A stretch of DNA of 50,592 nt from an uncultured Candidatus Saccharibacteria bacterium (GTDB taxonomy: Bacteria; Patescibacteriota; Saccharimonadia; Saccharimonadales; UBA10212): contig CAZUXR010000004.1 of the NCBI GenBank assembly GCA_964624785.1, positions 1 to 50,592 on the forward strand, given 5' to 3'. A program made the position numbers and the translations under genes. The notes under the pieces were generated by a model that saw nothing but the letters and a program-made list of their open reading frames with translations, ran no database searches and was not told the DNA's origin. Below, piece by piece: positions 28,591 to 36,412 of the stretch (position 1 is the stretch's first letter; each line of letters begins with the position of its first letter).

Positions 28591-30027
28591 ATGAAAAGCA
28601 ATTCTTCGCTAATATACTCTTTCGCTTTAGTGGTGGGGGATTTTTTGGCGCTTGTGGCGGCTTTTGGTGGTGCTTACATTTTGCGCGTATCCATCAGTCA
28701 TCGGCCAATTAGCGAATCCGTCTCGGCCGTCACCTACTTAGAAATTTTCCTGCTGCTGCTGCCGTTTTGGATTTTAATCTTCGCCCTTATGGGGTTGTAC
28801 AACAGTTCGATTTACGAAAAGCGCTTTGTCGAAGCCGGCCGCTTGCTGGTTGGTTCGTTCCTTGGGTTGCTATTTATAACTGGCGTGGCCTACTTTCACT
28901 CGCAGCCGATATTCCCCGCCCGCTTAGTGCCAATTTACGGGTTCGTCTTAGCATTCCTGTTTTTGCTCATTTTTAGGAACTTGGCGCGGGCGATTCGCAG
29001 CCTGTTATTTTCGTACGATATTGGCATTACCAATATTTTAGTGGTTGGCAGCAACAAACTTTCGGCCGAATTAATCGAACTATTAAACCAGCCCAAAAGC
29101 GGTTACCGGGTAATTGGCATTGTTGCCGAGCGCGCTCATCCGCACGAACGCCCCAAGCATGTTCCGGTACTCGTGGACTTTGAAGCGGCGGCCGCAAGTT
29201 TGGGCACCAGCAAAATCCACAGTATCGTACAGACGCAGCTTTATGCGGATAACGACAAAAATGACGCAATCCTGAACTTTGCTCAGCACAATCATATCGC
29301 TTTTAGGTTCATTCCAGCCAACGCCGAACTGTTTGTGGGCAATATAAAAGTAGAGTTGTTCCGCTCGTCCTTGCCAGTCGTGGCTGTTCACCAAACCGCG
29401 CTAATCGGCTGGGGGCGGGTCGTCAAACGAATCTTTGACGTGATTATTTCTAGTATTCTGCTAGTGGTCTTTAGTCCGCTTATTTTACTGATTATTTTGC
29501 TAGAGATTGTTAGCGGCGGCGATGTATTCTTCCGCCAAACCCGCCTAACTCGTTTTAATAATCCATTTAAAGTCTATAAATTCCGGACGGTAAAAACCAA
29601 ATATAACGAGTTGTCGCCAGAACAAGCTTTTGCCAAAATGGCCCGGCCGGAACTTAGCAGGGCTTACCGCGACAACGGCGACTACTTGCCAGACGATCCG
29701 CGCTACGGCCGGATGGGCAATTTTTTGCGCGGCAGCAGCTTGGACGAACTACCTCAACTACTTAACGTGCTAAAAGGCGATATTAGCTTAGTGGGCCCCC
29801 GAGCGCTGGTGCCACAGGAACTTAGCGTTTACGAAAAGCGCCACACGATTTTGAGCGTAAAGTCTGGTTTGACCGGCCTGGCGCAAGTGTCCGGCCGGCG
29901 CAACATTAGTTTTGAAGAGCGCCGCAAGTTAGACATGTTCTACGTGCAAAACTGGAGTTTTTGGATGGACCTGGTAATTCTAATCAAAACCATCCGCGCC
30001 GTCCTGGGCGGCTTCGGAGCTAAGTAA
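28591..30027 (+). CDS. Polyprenyl glycosylphosphotransferase (priming sugar transferase, WcaJ/WbaP-like)
   Basis: KRIFD, FKVYKFRT, DDPR, SLDELPQLLNVLKGDISLVGPR, GLTGLAQVSGR, YVQNWSFWMD. Confidence 0.92.
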   Translation: MKSNSSLIYSFALVVGDFLALVAAFGGAYILRVSISHRPISESVSAVTYLEIFLLLLPFWILIFALMGLYNSSIYEKRFVEAGRLLVGSFLGLLFITGVAYFHSQPIFPARLVPIYGFVLAFLFLLIFRNLARAIRSLLFSYDIGITNILVVGSNKLSAELIELLNQPKSGYRVIGIVAERAHPHERPKHVPVLVDFEAAAASLGTSKIHSIVQTQLYADNDKNDAILNFAQHNHIAFRFIPANAELFVGNIKVELFRSSLPVVAVHQTALIGWGRVVKRIFDVIISSILLVVFSPLILLIILLEIVSGGDVFFRQTRLTRFNNPFKVYKFRTVKTKYNELSPEQAFAKMARPELSRAYRDNGDYLPDDPRYGRMGNFLRGSSLDELPQLLNVLKGDISLVGPRALVPQELSVYEKRHTILSVKSGLTGLAQVSGRRNISFEERRKLDMFYVQNWSFWMDLVILIKTIRAVLGGFGAK

Positions 30028-30065
30028 TACCTTGACTTTAGGTATTACTTTTGATAAGGTAATAC
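30022..30065 (+). promoter_or_regulatory. Promoter/operator of the AbrB-PIN operon
   Basis: Perfect 11-bp inverted repeat AAGTAATACCT (30022-30032) / AGGTATTACTT (30040-30050) around TTGACT; third half-site GTAATAC at 30059-30065. Confidence 0.65.
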
Positions 30066-30066
30066 T

Positions 30067-30360
30067 ATGACGTATCACACCACCATGACAAGCAAGGGCC
30101 AGGTTACTATCCCTGCCGATATTCGTCGTCGGCTAAAATTAAAACCAGGGCAAAGTATTCAATTTGAATTTCGGAATAATGAAGCCGTGGTAAAAGCTCA
30201 AACTTGGCAAGAAGAATTAGCAAGAGTGCAAAATAAGGTGCAGGCACATCTAAAAAAACACAATATTAAACCATTAACCGACGAAGAGCTTGATGATGCC
30301 ATTAACGAAGCAGCTCAACAGGCCGCGATAGAACGATACCAACGCAGCCTAGAAAAATGA
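30067..30360 (+). CDS. AbrB/MazE/SpoVT-family antitoxin
   Basis: MTSKGQVTIPADIRRRLKLKPG. Confidence 0.9.
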   Translation: MTYHTTMTSKGQVTIPADIRRRLKLKPGQSIQFEFRNNEAVVKAQTWQEELARVQNKVQAHLKKHNIKPLTDEELDDAINEAAQQAAIERYQRSLEK

Positions 30361-30767
30361 TAAGCCTCGACACAAATTTAATCTTAAGACTGATACTCAA
30401 AGACGTGCCCGAGCAGCTTGATTCCATACGACTACTAATTGATACCGCTAAGCCCAATAACTTGCATGTCGCGGATGTAGTTTTTTTTGAAGCGGCCTGG
30501 ATACTGGGCGGCTCCGCTTATCGTTTGGACAGACCATTAATTGGCGAGCTAGTTTTGCAAATTGCTCGCATGCCTCAAATTAATTGCAACCGTGCGATGT
30601 TAGAAAAAGTTATACCGCTTTACATCGAGCACACCAAAATTTCTCTCGTAGATGCAAGTTTAGCCGTTTACGCAGAGCTGAACCACAGTTTGCCTTTGCT
30701 GACGCTTGATAAAAAATTAGCCAAAGCGCTGCCCAGCCACACGGAGTTAATGGGTGTTAGTGGGTAG
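30357..30767 (+). CDS. PIN-domain (VapC-like) toxin
   Basis: SLDTNLILR, FFE, SLVDA, LLTLDKKL; ATGA overlap with the antitoxin gene. Confidence 0.88.
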   Translation: MISLDTNLILRLILKDVPEQLDSIRLLIDTAKPNNLHVADVVFFEAAWILGGSAYRLDRPLIGELVLQIARMPQINCNRAMLEKVIPLYIEHTKISLVDASLAVYAELNHSLPLLTLDKKLAKALPSHTELMGVSG

Positions 30768-30811
30768 TGGATAGGATAGGGTAAGTATGGAAAAGATACA
30801 GAAAAACTAGC

Positions 30812-31951
30812 ATGAGTAATCCAAATTCTAAATTCCAAATTCCAAATTCTCCCAATAACGACCCTAAAATCGCTATTGTGCATGATTGGCTGGTCGGTGG
30901 CGGAGCAGAAAAAGTAGTCCTAGAACTACACAGGTTATATCCGGACGCGCCAATTTATACGTCGTACTGCACAAATGAATGGCGCGATAAACTGGACGGC
31001 AAAGTTGTTACCGGTCTGTTGCAGCATTGGCCGTTTTCTACCTTACGCAAGTATATTCCAGTGCTTAGGATCTGGTGGTTTTCTCACCTAAATTTGAAGG
31101 ATTTTGATTTGGTTATTAGCAGCTGCGGGAACGGAGAAGCCAAAGGCGTACGGGTTCGCGAAGGTGCCAAACACATCTGGTACTGCCATTCCCCAGTGCA
31201 TTTTTATTGGCGGCATTATAAACAATATCTAGCCAATCCTGGCTTTGGAGCGTTCAATCCGCTTGCCCGCGTGGGGCTCCGCTTACTTATTGGCTCCCTG
31301 CGCAAATGGGATTACCAAGTATCGCAAAAACCAGATGTAATTATCGCTAACTCCGCTCACATCCAAAACGACATAAAAAAATACTATGGCCGCGACAGCG
31401 TAATCATTCATCCCCCGGTCGATATCGCTCGCTTCCAACCAACCACCAAAAACCATCAACTACCAACCGCCAACTACTTCGTAACAGCCGGACGATTAGT
31501 CCCTCATAAACACACAGAAGTTATTGTCAAAGCTTGCACCCAGCTCAACCTGCCGCTAAAAGTTATCGGCAAAGGACCAGAAATGGATAATCTTAAAAAG
31601 GTATCTGGTCCTACAATAGAGTTTTTGGGCTTTGTTCCAGATAGTGATCTTCCGGATTTATTTGCTGGTGCCAAGGCATTTTTGTTTGCCAGTTTCGAGG
31701 ATTTTGGAGTAGTACCGGTAGAGGCTCTGGCAGCTGGCACACCGGTGATTGCCTATGCGGCTGGCGGGGCGCTAGACTATGTAGTGCCTGGTAAAAATGG
31801 CGAGTTCTTTACCAAACAAACCGCCGATTCCCTAACCACTGTCCTAAAAAACTTCAACGCAAGCAAATACCCCACAAAAGAAATCATGCAGTCCGCCCAA
31901 AAATTCTCCCCTGCTAGGTTCCGTTCCAAAATTAAAGAATTAGTCTGCTAG
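30812..31951 (+). CDS. GT4 glycosyltransferase (WbaZ-like, probably mannosyltransferase)
   Basis: AIVHDWLVGGGAEKV, YCHSP, GRLVPHK, EDFGVVPVEALAAGTPVIA. Confidence 0.9.
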   Translation: MSNPNSKFQIPNSPNNDPKIAIVHDWLVGGGAEKVVLELHRLYPDAPIYTSYCTNEWRDKLDGKVVTGLLQHWPFSTLRKYIPVLRIWWFSHLNLKDFDLVISSCGNGEAKGVRVREGAKHIWYCHSPVHFYWRHYKQYLANPGFGAFNPLARVGLRLLIGSLRKWDYQVSQKPDVIIANSAHIQNDIKKYYGRDSVIIHPPVDIARFQPTTKNHQLPTANYFVTAGRLVPHKHTEVIVKACTQLNLPLKVIGKGPEMDNLKKVSGPTIEFLGFVPDSDLPDLFAGAKAFLFASFEDFGVVPVEALAAGTPVIAYAAGGALDYVVPGKNGEFFTKQTADSLTTVLKNFNASKYPTKEIMQSAQKFSPARFRSKIKELVC

Positions 31952-31970
31952 CTAGCACGCGTGAGTCCAG

Positions 31971-33113
31971 CTAGGCATTAGGCCTTATCGGCAAAAGGTC
32001 GTGCGCGTCAAGTTGCTGCATAACTCCGCGCAGTAAATAGTTATTCGAAAAACGCAGCACATACCGTTGCTTGTAGTCTGGGTGAACCATTATAAAGTTC
32101 TGCTCCCGTAGCTTTTTAATTAGGCGAGAAGCAGCCACTCGGTCTGACGGAGTCTGGCCGAACAAGTATTGTATATCGCGCGCCTGAAAAGGTGACTTTC
32201 TGGTGGCGTAGCGTAATACCTCGTACTCAACATTATTAATCTGTTTTTTCTCGAGAGCTATTTTTATTGATGGAAGGATGATGTTATCGATCGCAAAGTC
32301 CGCGTCAAGCAATTTATCTATCTTTTCGATCTCTACCTTCATCCCGTCCAGCACATACTCGCACCACTTTAGGCTGTTATCCTCTCCCCCCGCGTCGGCA
32401 ATCGATAGACTGTCATAGTATTTCTGTCGATCCATACAAAAGATCGCGGAAGGATTAAGTAGCCTGAAGCCTTTGTCGTCAATGAACCGCTGCTTCGACA
32501 GCATTGCATATGTTACTAGGCGAACCGTTCGGCCATTGCCATTATCAAAGGGGTGAATAGCAGTGAATCGGTGGTGCGCCATAGCCGTTTTAAGTAAATC
32601 GTATTGGGGCTCGTTTTCGGCATTAATAAACTCTATTAGCTCGTGCATTAACTCCGGAACTCGTAAGTGGCTTGGGGGCACATGGTTACTTTTTGTGATT
32701 GTCACGTCGGCTGGGCGATACTGGCCAGCAAATTTACTACCATCTCGCTCTAAATCTTTTACGACAATTTTTTGGAGTTCGCAGACAAAAGCGCGGTCAA
32801 TTGGCAGGGTCGCAATATTTTCCTCGATGAACCCAATAGCCTGCCCAATATTACGCAGTTCAAGCAAAGATTCATCCGTAGTAGGTTTTGATCCCTCGAT
32901 TATATTTTCGACCACACTCATAATCGTCGTCCGATTGCCCTCAATCCTGGCCGAGGTTAGGCTCTCTAGCTGATGCATGATGTCTTTAAGATCAAAAAAC
33001 AGCCAAGCCGGGGTCGTGCCCTTTAGGTCTCGATCTCTTAAATGCTCCAGGTCAAAGATGAGCTGCGTTAACCGAGACTTAAACTTGGGCTGCGGAATTA
33101 CAATCTTATCCAT
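31971..33113 (-). CDS. Fic-family protein, class II-like, with probable C-terminal HTH
   Basis: HPFDNGNGRTVR active motif; N-terminal SARIEGN inhibitory motif. Confidence 0.9.
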   Translation of the reverse strand: MDKIVIPQPKFKSRLTQLIFDLEHLRDRDLKGTTPAWLFFDLKDIMHQLESLTSARIEGNRTTIMSVVENIIEGSKPTTDESLLELRNIGQAIGFIEENIATLPIDRAFVCELQKIVVKDLERDGSKFAGQYRPADVTITKSNHVPPSHLRVPELMHELIEFINAENEPQYDLLKTAMAHHRFTAIHPFDNGNGRTVRLVTYAMLSKQRFIDDKGFRLLNPSAIFCMDRQKYYDSLSIADAGGEDNSLKWCEYVLDGMKVEIEKIDKLLDADFAIDNIILPSIKIALEKKQINNVEYEVLRYATRKSPFQARDIQYLFGQTPSDRVAASRLIKKLREQNFIMVHPDYKQRYVLRFSNNYLLRGVMQQLDAHDLLPIRPNA

Positions 33114-33119
33114 ACACTA

Positions 33120-33216
33120 AAGTGTAACACACATTAAAGAAAAGTGTAACAATAATTTATTATCTCATCTGTTATCATAATGTTTATGCAATAAATAAGT
33201 GTAACAAACTGTAACA
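33120..33216. promoter_or_regulatory. Direct-repeat array upstream of the Fic gene (putative operator)
   Basis: AAGTGTAACA at 33120, 33142 and 33197; AACTGTAACA at 33207. Confidence 0.55.
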
Positions 33217-33317
33217 CTTACCCCCGCGCCCGCGAACTATACTTACTGAGCCCGATAAACCAAGTGTAATGCTGGGGCTTCCTGGCCGTTTGGCTGTGGT
33301 TTTGATATAATATACTC

Positions 33318-33494
33318 ATGGATTTGTCTATAAAAAAACGAGAGAAAACAGTAAAGCAAGCAGTTGCAAACGAAAAACTCGAGGGCTTAAAAGTGTCTCG
33401 TGAAGCACGTAAAATTGCCGACAGTTATATTACTGGCAAAGCATCAGCTAAGTCAGCAGCCACCAAGATTCGAGCTCGCTACGGCACTTTGTAA
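33318..33494 (+). CDS. VbhA-family (FicA) antitoxin, absent from ORF track
   Basis: MDLSIKKREKTVKQAVANEKLEGLKVSREARKIADSYITGKASAKSAATKIRARYGTL; xxxxEG inhibitory motif; TGATATAAT at 33303-33311; TAATG overlap with the Fic toxin. Confidence 0.85.
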   Translation: MDLSIKKREKTVKQAVANEKLEGLKVSREARKIADSYITGKASAKSAATKIRARYGTL

Positions 33495-34093
33495 TGAGTT
33501 TTGTAGATCCATATTTTGATGAGAATATTGGCGATCTACGAAATCTACTAGGGGCAAAATCGTCCGAAGAGCTAAAAGCACTCGAACCACAAATTGTTTT
33601 CGCTAATGAACTTGAACTCAAGTCTGTTGGTATTCCAAGAACCAATAACCTTACTGAGTTACTGCTCATTCATAAACAATTATTTAAAGGTGTTTACGGC
33701 TGGGCTGGGCGAATCAGAACCGTTGATATTAAGAAAAATACCGATAGTGCAGAATTCTTTTTGATTATTAGTAAAATTAGTGACGCCGCCAACTATGTTT
33801 TTGCCGAGCTTGCAAGAGAAAACCATCTGCAAGACCTAAGCAAAAACGATTTCATGCAACGATTGGCTTATTTCTATGATCAGCTTAACTATATACATCC
33901 CTTTCGTGAGGGTAACGGTCGAGCGCAAAGAGTTTTTTGGAGCAGGGTCGCCAAAGATGCTGGCTATGAAATAGGTTGGGATCTTATTACTGCAAAGGAA
34001 AACGACGAAGCCTCGAGGGTCGCCGCCGAGGACTCGGATATATCAAAATTAGAAACTATGTTTGTAAAAATTGTCAAAAAACTAAACAAATAA
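33494..34093 (+). CDS. Fic toxin (class I, FicT-like)
   Basis: DPY...LRNLLG, IHKQLFKGVYGWAGRIRTVDI, HPFREGNGRAQR. Confidence 0.92.
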   Translation: MSFVDPYFDENIGDLRNLLGAKSSEELKALEPQIVFANELELKSVGIPRTNNLTELLLIHKQLFKGVYGWAGRIRTVDIKKNTDSAEFFLIISKISDAANYVFAELARENHLQDLSKNDFMQRLAYFYDQLNYIHPFREGNGRAQRVFWSRVAKDAGYEIGWDLITAKENDEASRVAAEDSDISKLETMFVKIVKKLNK

Positions 34094-34132
34094 TAAGGTT
34101 CCAGTCTGATACATAACACCCCCGCTCATGCG

Positions 34133-34255
34133 GTCCTAAAAAACTTCGACCCAACCAAATACCCCGCACCGCAAGGGGGGGTTCAATTTGTACCCCCCTT
34201 CTCCCCCACAAACTTCCAAAAATCCATAAAAACCCTTACTCAAAAAAATGATTAA
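34133..34255 (+). pseudogene. Displaced duplicate 3' end of the GT4 gene
   Basis: 34133-34165 matches 31841-31873 at 30/33 nt; translates VLKNFDPTKYP...FSPTNFQKSIK versus GT4 VLKNFNASKYP...FSPARFRSKIK. Confidence 0.8.
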
Positions 34256-34256
34256 A

Positions 34257-34355
34257 CGGTGGGGCGAAGATTCTGATGGCTGGTATGCCACGAATCTCCG
34301 CCCCTACCGCGAGTGGCCAGACTAAAACTACTAGGACGTAGCTCTGGCCATACTC
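34257..34355. terminator. Two adjacent long hairpins between convergent genes
   Basis: CGGT-GGGGCG-a-AGATTC...GAATCT-c-CGCCCC-t-ACCG and GAGT-GGCCAGA...TCTGGCC-at-ACTC; no U-tract. Confidence 0.4.
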
Positions 34356-34357
34356 AT

Positions 34358-35701
34358 CTACTGCTTGTTGTCGACCAGGAACCAGCCGTTATCGGCATCG
34401 CCTGGCGAGAACAACGTAACGTTCGAACTGGTCAACTGCTGGTAGCTACGCGAGCCATCAGCAATATGCAGCTCAACTCGCCCAGAGCCGGTGTTCTTGG
34501 TCTTGATGAACACCAGGTCGGGGTTACCATCCTTGTTCACATCTTCGCTAGAGAACCAGCCGTTGTTCTGATCGGCCGGACTGAACACCGTTTCCAACGC
34601 AACGGTCATCTGCGTATAGCCAGGAGGTGAACGGAAGTATTCCACCCGACCCGTCCCTGTATTCCGTGTCTTGATGAACACGAGTTCCGGCCCCCAGGCC
34701 TGGAACCAGCCGTTGCTGGCATCAGCCGGCGAAAAAGGCGTCGTATTGGCACTCGTAACCTGCCCGTACGAACGACTGCCATCGGCGACAAAGAACTCAA
34801 CTCGCCCAGAGCCGGTGTTCTTGGTCTTGATGAACACCAGATCCTGTTGGCCGTCCCTGTTTACGTCGTCCATCTGGAACCAGCCGTTACCGGCATCCCA
34901 TGTCGAGAAGCCACTCGCGAAGTGAACCCCATCCTGATAACCCGAACTGGCCGTAGCAGAATGAACCTCCACCCTGCCAGAACCGGTGTTCTTGGTCTTG
35001 ATGAAGTAGAGATTCCCGTTAACTACCTGGAACCAGCCGTTGTTCTGATCCCCCGTAGAGAACCAGGTCGCATTGTGCTGACCGTTCTGATACCCAGTCG
35101 ATGGCGTAGCCGAGTGAACTTCGACCTTCCCGGACCCGGTATTCCGCGTCTTGACGAAGTAGAGAGTCCCCGCACCCCCGCTCGACTGCCCAACCGTACC
35201 CATACGAAAAGCTCTTGTAGTAGAGCTTAGCGAGAAGGTACGGTCGTAGTTCATCACCATTTCGTTTTTATCGATGTGGTTAGAATCAACCACATTGAAA
35301 GTACTGCCACTCACCCTACGAACGATGATGAATGTGTGCGTCCCCTGGCCAACCTGGACGATATCGCCCTTGACCAAGGAATTGATATCTGCGATCTCTG
35401 TACCGCCGGCGCTCAGGAAAGGCTGAAAGTAATCACTACCCCCCAGATTCTGCGTATGCCCAGAGACCATCCAGACGACGCAGTTAACGAATGCACGGCA
35501 CTCACCACCGGAATCATTCGGCTTCTGAGCGTCCTTGCAGGCGTTGCCGCCCCATTGCCCAACGTAGGACAAGGCTTTGTCTGCGATCACGCCGTTGTCG
35601 TATGCCTGCGCGGCGGATGCTGCGATAGCCGGAACAATCACGGTCATCAGAACGACGGCAGCTACCAAAGTGGCAGCTCTCGATTTCACTCTAGCAAACA
35701 A
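34358..35701 (-). CDS. Secreted CHAP/NlpC-like cysteine hydrolase with C-terminal FG-GAP-like repeats
   Basis: Signal peptide; GECRAFV, GDIVQ, GTHTFII, VVDSN catalytic pattern; 5 repeats of FIKT(K/R)NTGSGRVE...NGWF; DVNxDGxxDL motifs; GAGG RBS before TTG start. Confidence 0.75.
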   Translation of the reverse strand: MFARVKSRAATLVAAVVLMTVIVPAIAASAAQAYDNGVIADKALSYVGQWGGNACKDAQKPNDSGGECRAFVNCVVWMVSGHTQNLGGSDYFQPFLSAGGTEIADINSLVKGDIVQVGQGTHTFIIVRRVSGSTFNVVDSNHIDKNEMVMNYDRTFSLSSTTRAFRMGTVGQSSGGAGTLYFVKTRNTGSGKVEVHSATPSTGYQNGQHNATWFSTGDQNNGWFQVVNGNLYFIKTKNTGSGRVEVHSATASSGYQDGVHFASGFSTWDAGNGWFQMDDVNRDGQQDLVFIKTKNTGSGRVEFFVADGSRSYGQVTSANTTPFSPADASNGWFQAWGPELVFIKTRNTGTGRVEYFRSPPGYTQMTVALETVFSPADQNNGWFSSEDVNKDGNPDLVFIKTKNTGSGRVELHIADGSRSYQQLTSSNVTLFSPGDADNGWFLVDNKQ

Positions 35702-35878
35702 CTTGTTCCTCTCGTTTGTGGTACAGGATGATTGACTGCAATTTGTAGATGAGTAGGTTCTAGCGGCACATCAAAAGCCGCCAGATTACCAGCGACGAGT
35801 GTCTTTTACCCTCCTTCCAAAAAGAGAATACGCTATATAAATATTAAATCTAACAATGGCTCCGAATGCAAATTTATT

Positions 35879-36403
35879 TTAAAGCACAAGGGTTTTAAAC
35901 TCTTTGAAACTATCTATAGCTTTAGAGATGAAACTAATTTGCGATTTAATTAAGCTGTTTGGCAATTTATCTGCCGAGTAAAATTTGCCCTCATTTGGTT
36001 CGCCCAAAATTTCAACCCAAAACACTTGCGCCTGTTCTGTGCCTCTTTTGCTTTTATGCAGTATGCTGCCTACATAATATGGATCGCCTGTCTCGGTCCC
36101 ACCAAGTTCGTCCTTCAAAATTCGATCAAATGCCATGTATATTTTACCCTCGTTATCGGTCGCTCTAATTACGGTACCAGGTACGTGCCAAGCGTCGGGC
36201 CAAATAGGATCGTCTTTGCCGCGATGGAGCAGGAGTATTTCTACTTTCCCGGTACCATTAATACGTAGCGGGACAAATTCAATAATCGGCAAGGCTACAA
36301 GTCTAGCAATCTGAACAAAAACATCGTATGGCAAAAAGCCCGGCTTAAGACCAGCAAGTAATTCTACTAATAGTTTTTCTTTAGTTTTATCCATACTTAA
36401 CAA
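35879..36403 (-). CDS. Nudix-like protein (possibly GDP-mannose hydrolase-related)
   Basis: ILLLHR...WPDAWHVPGTVIR...RILKDELG, a degenerate Nudix box; operonic with manB/manC. Confidence 0.55.
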   Translation of the reverse strand: MLSMDKTKEKLLVELLAGLKPGFLPYDVFVQIARLVALPIIEFVPLRINGTGKVEILLLHRGKDDPIWPDAWHVPGTVIRATDNEGKIYMAFDRILKDELGGTETGDPYYVGSILHKSKRGTEQAQVFWVEILGEPNEGKFYSADKLPNSLIKSQISFISKAIDSFKEFKTLVL

Positions 36404-36412
36404 TCCGCAAAG

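Noticed and set aside
34133-34165. GT4 tail duplicate as a DGR template repeat
   Set aside because: Mismatches are A/G, G/C and G/C, not adenine-directed.
30022-35701. Integron cassette array or prophage
   Set aside because: No integrase, no convincing attC (RYYYAAC...GTTRRRY) sites and no phage genes seen.
35702-35878. c-di-AMP or other riboswitch upstream of the hydrolase
   Set aside because: Only one clear hairpin (UCUGGCGGC/GCCGCUAGA); no recognisable consensus.
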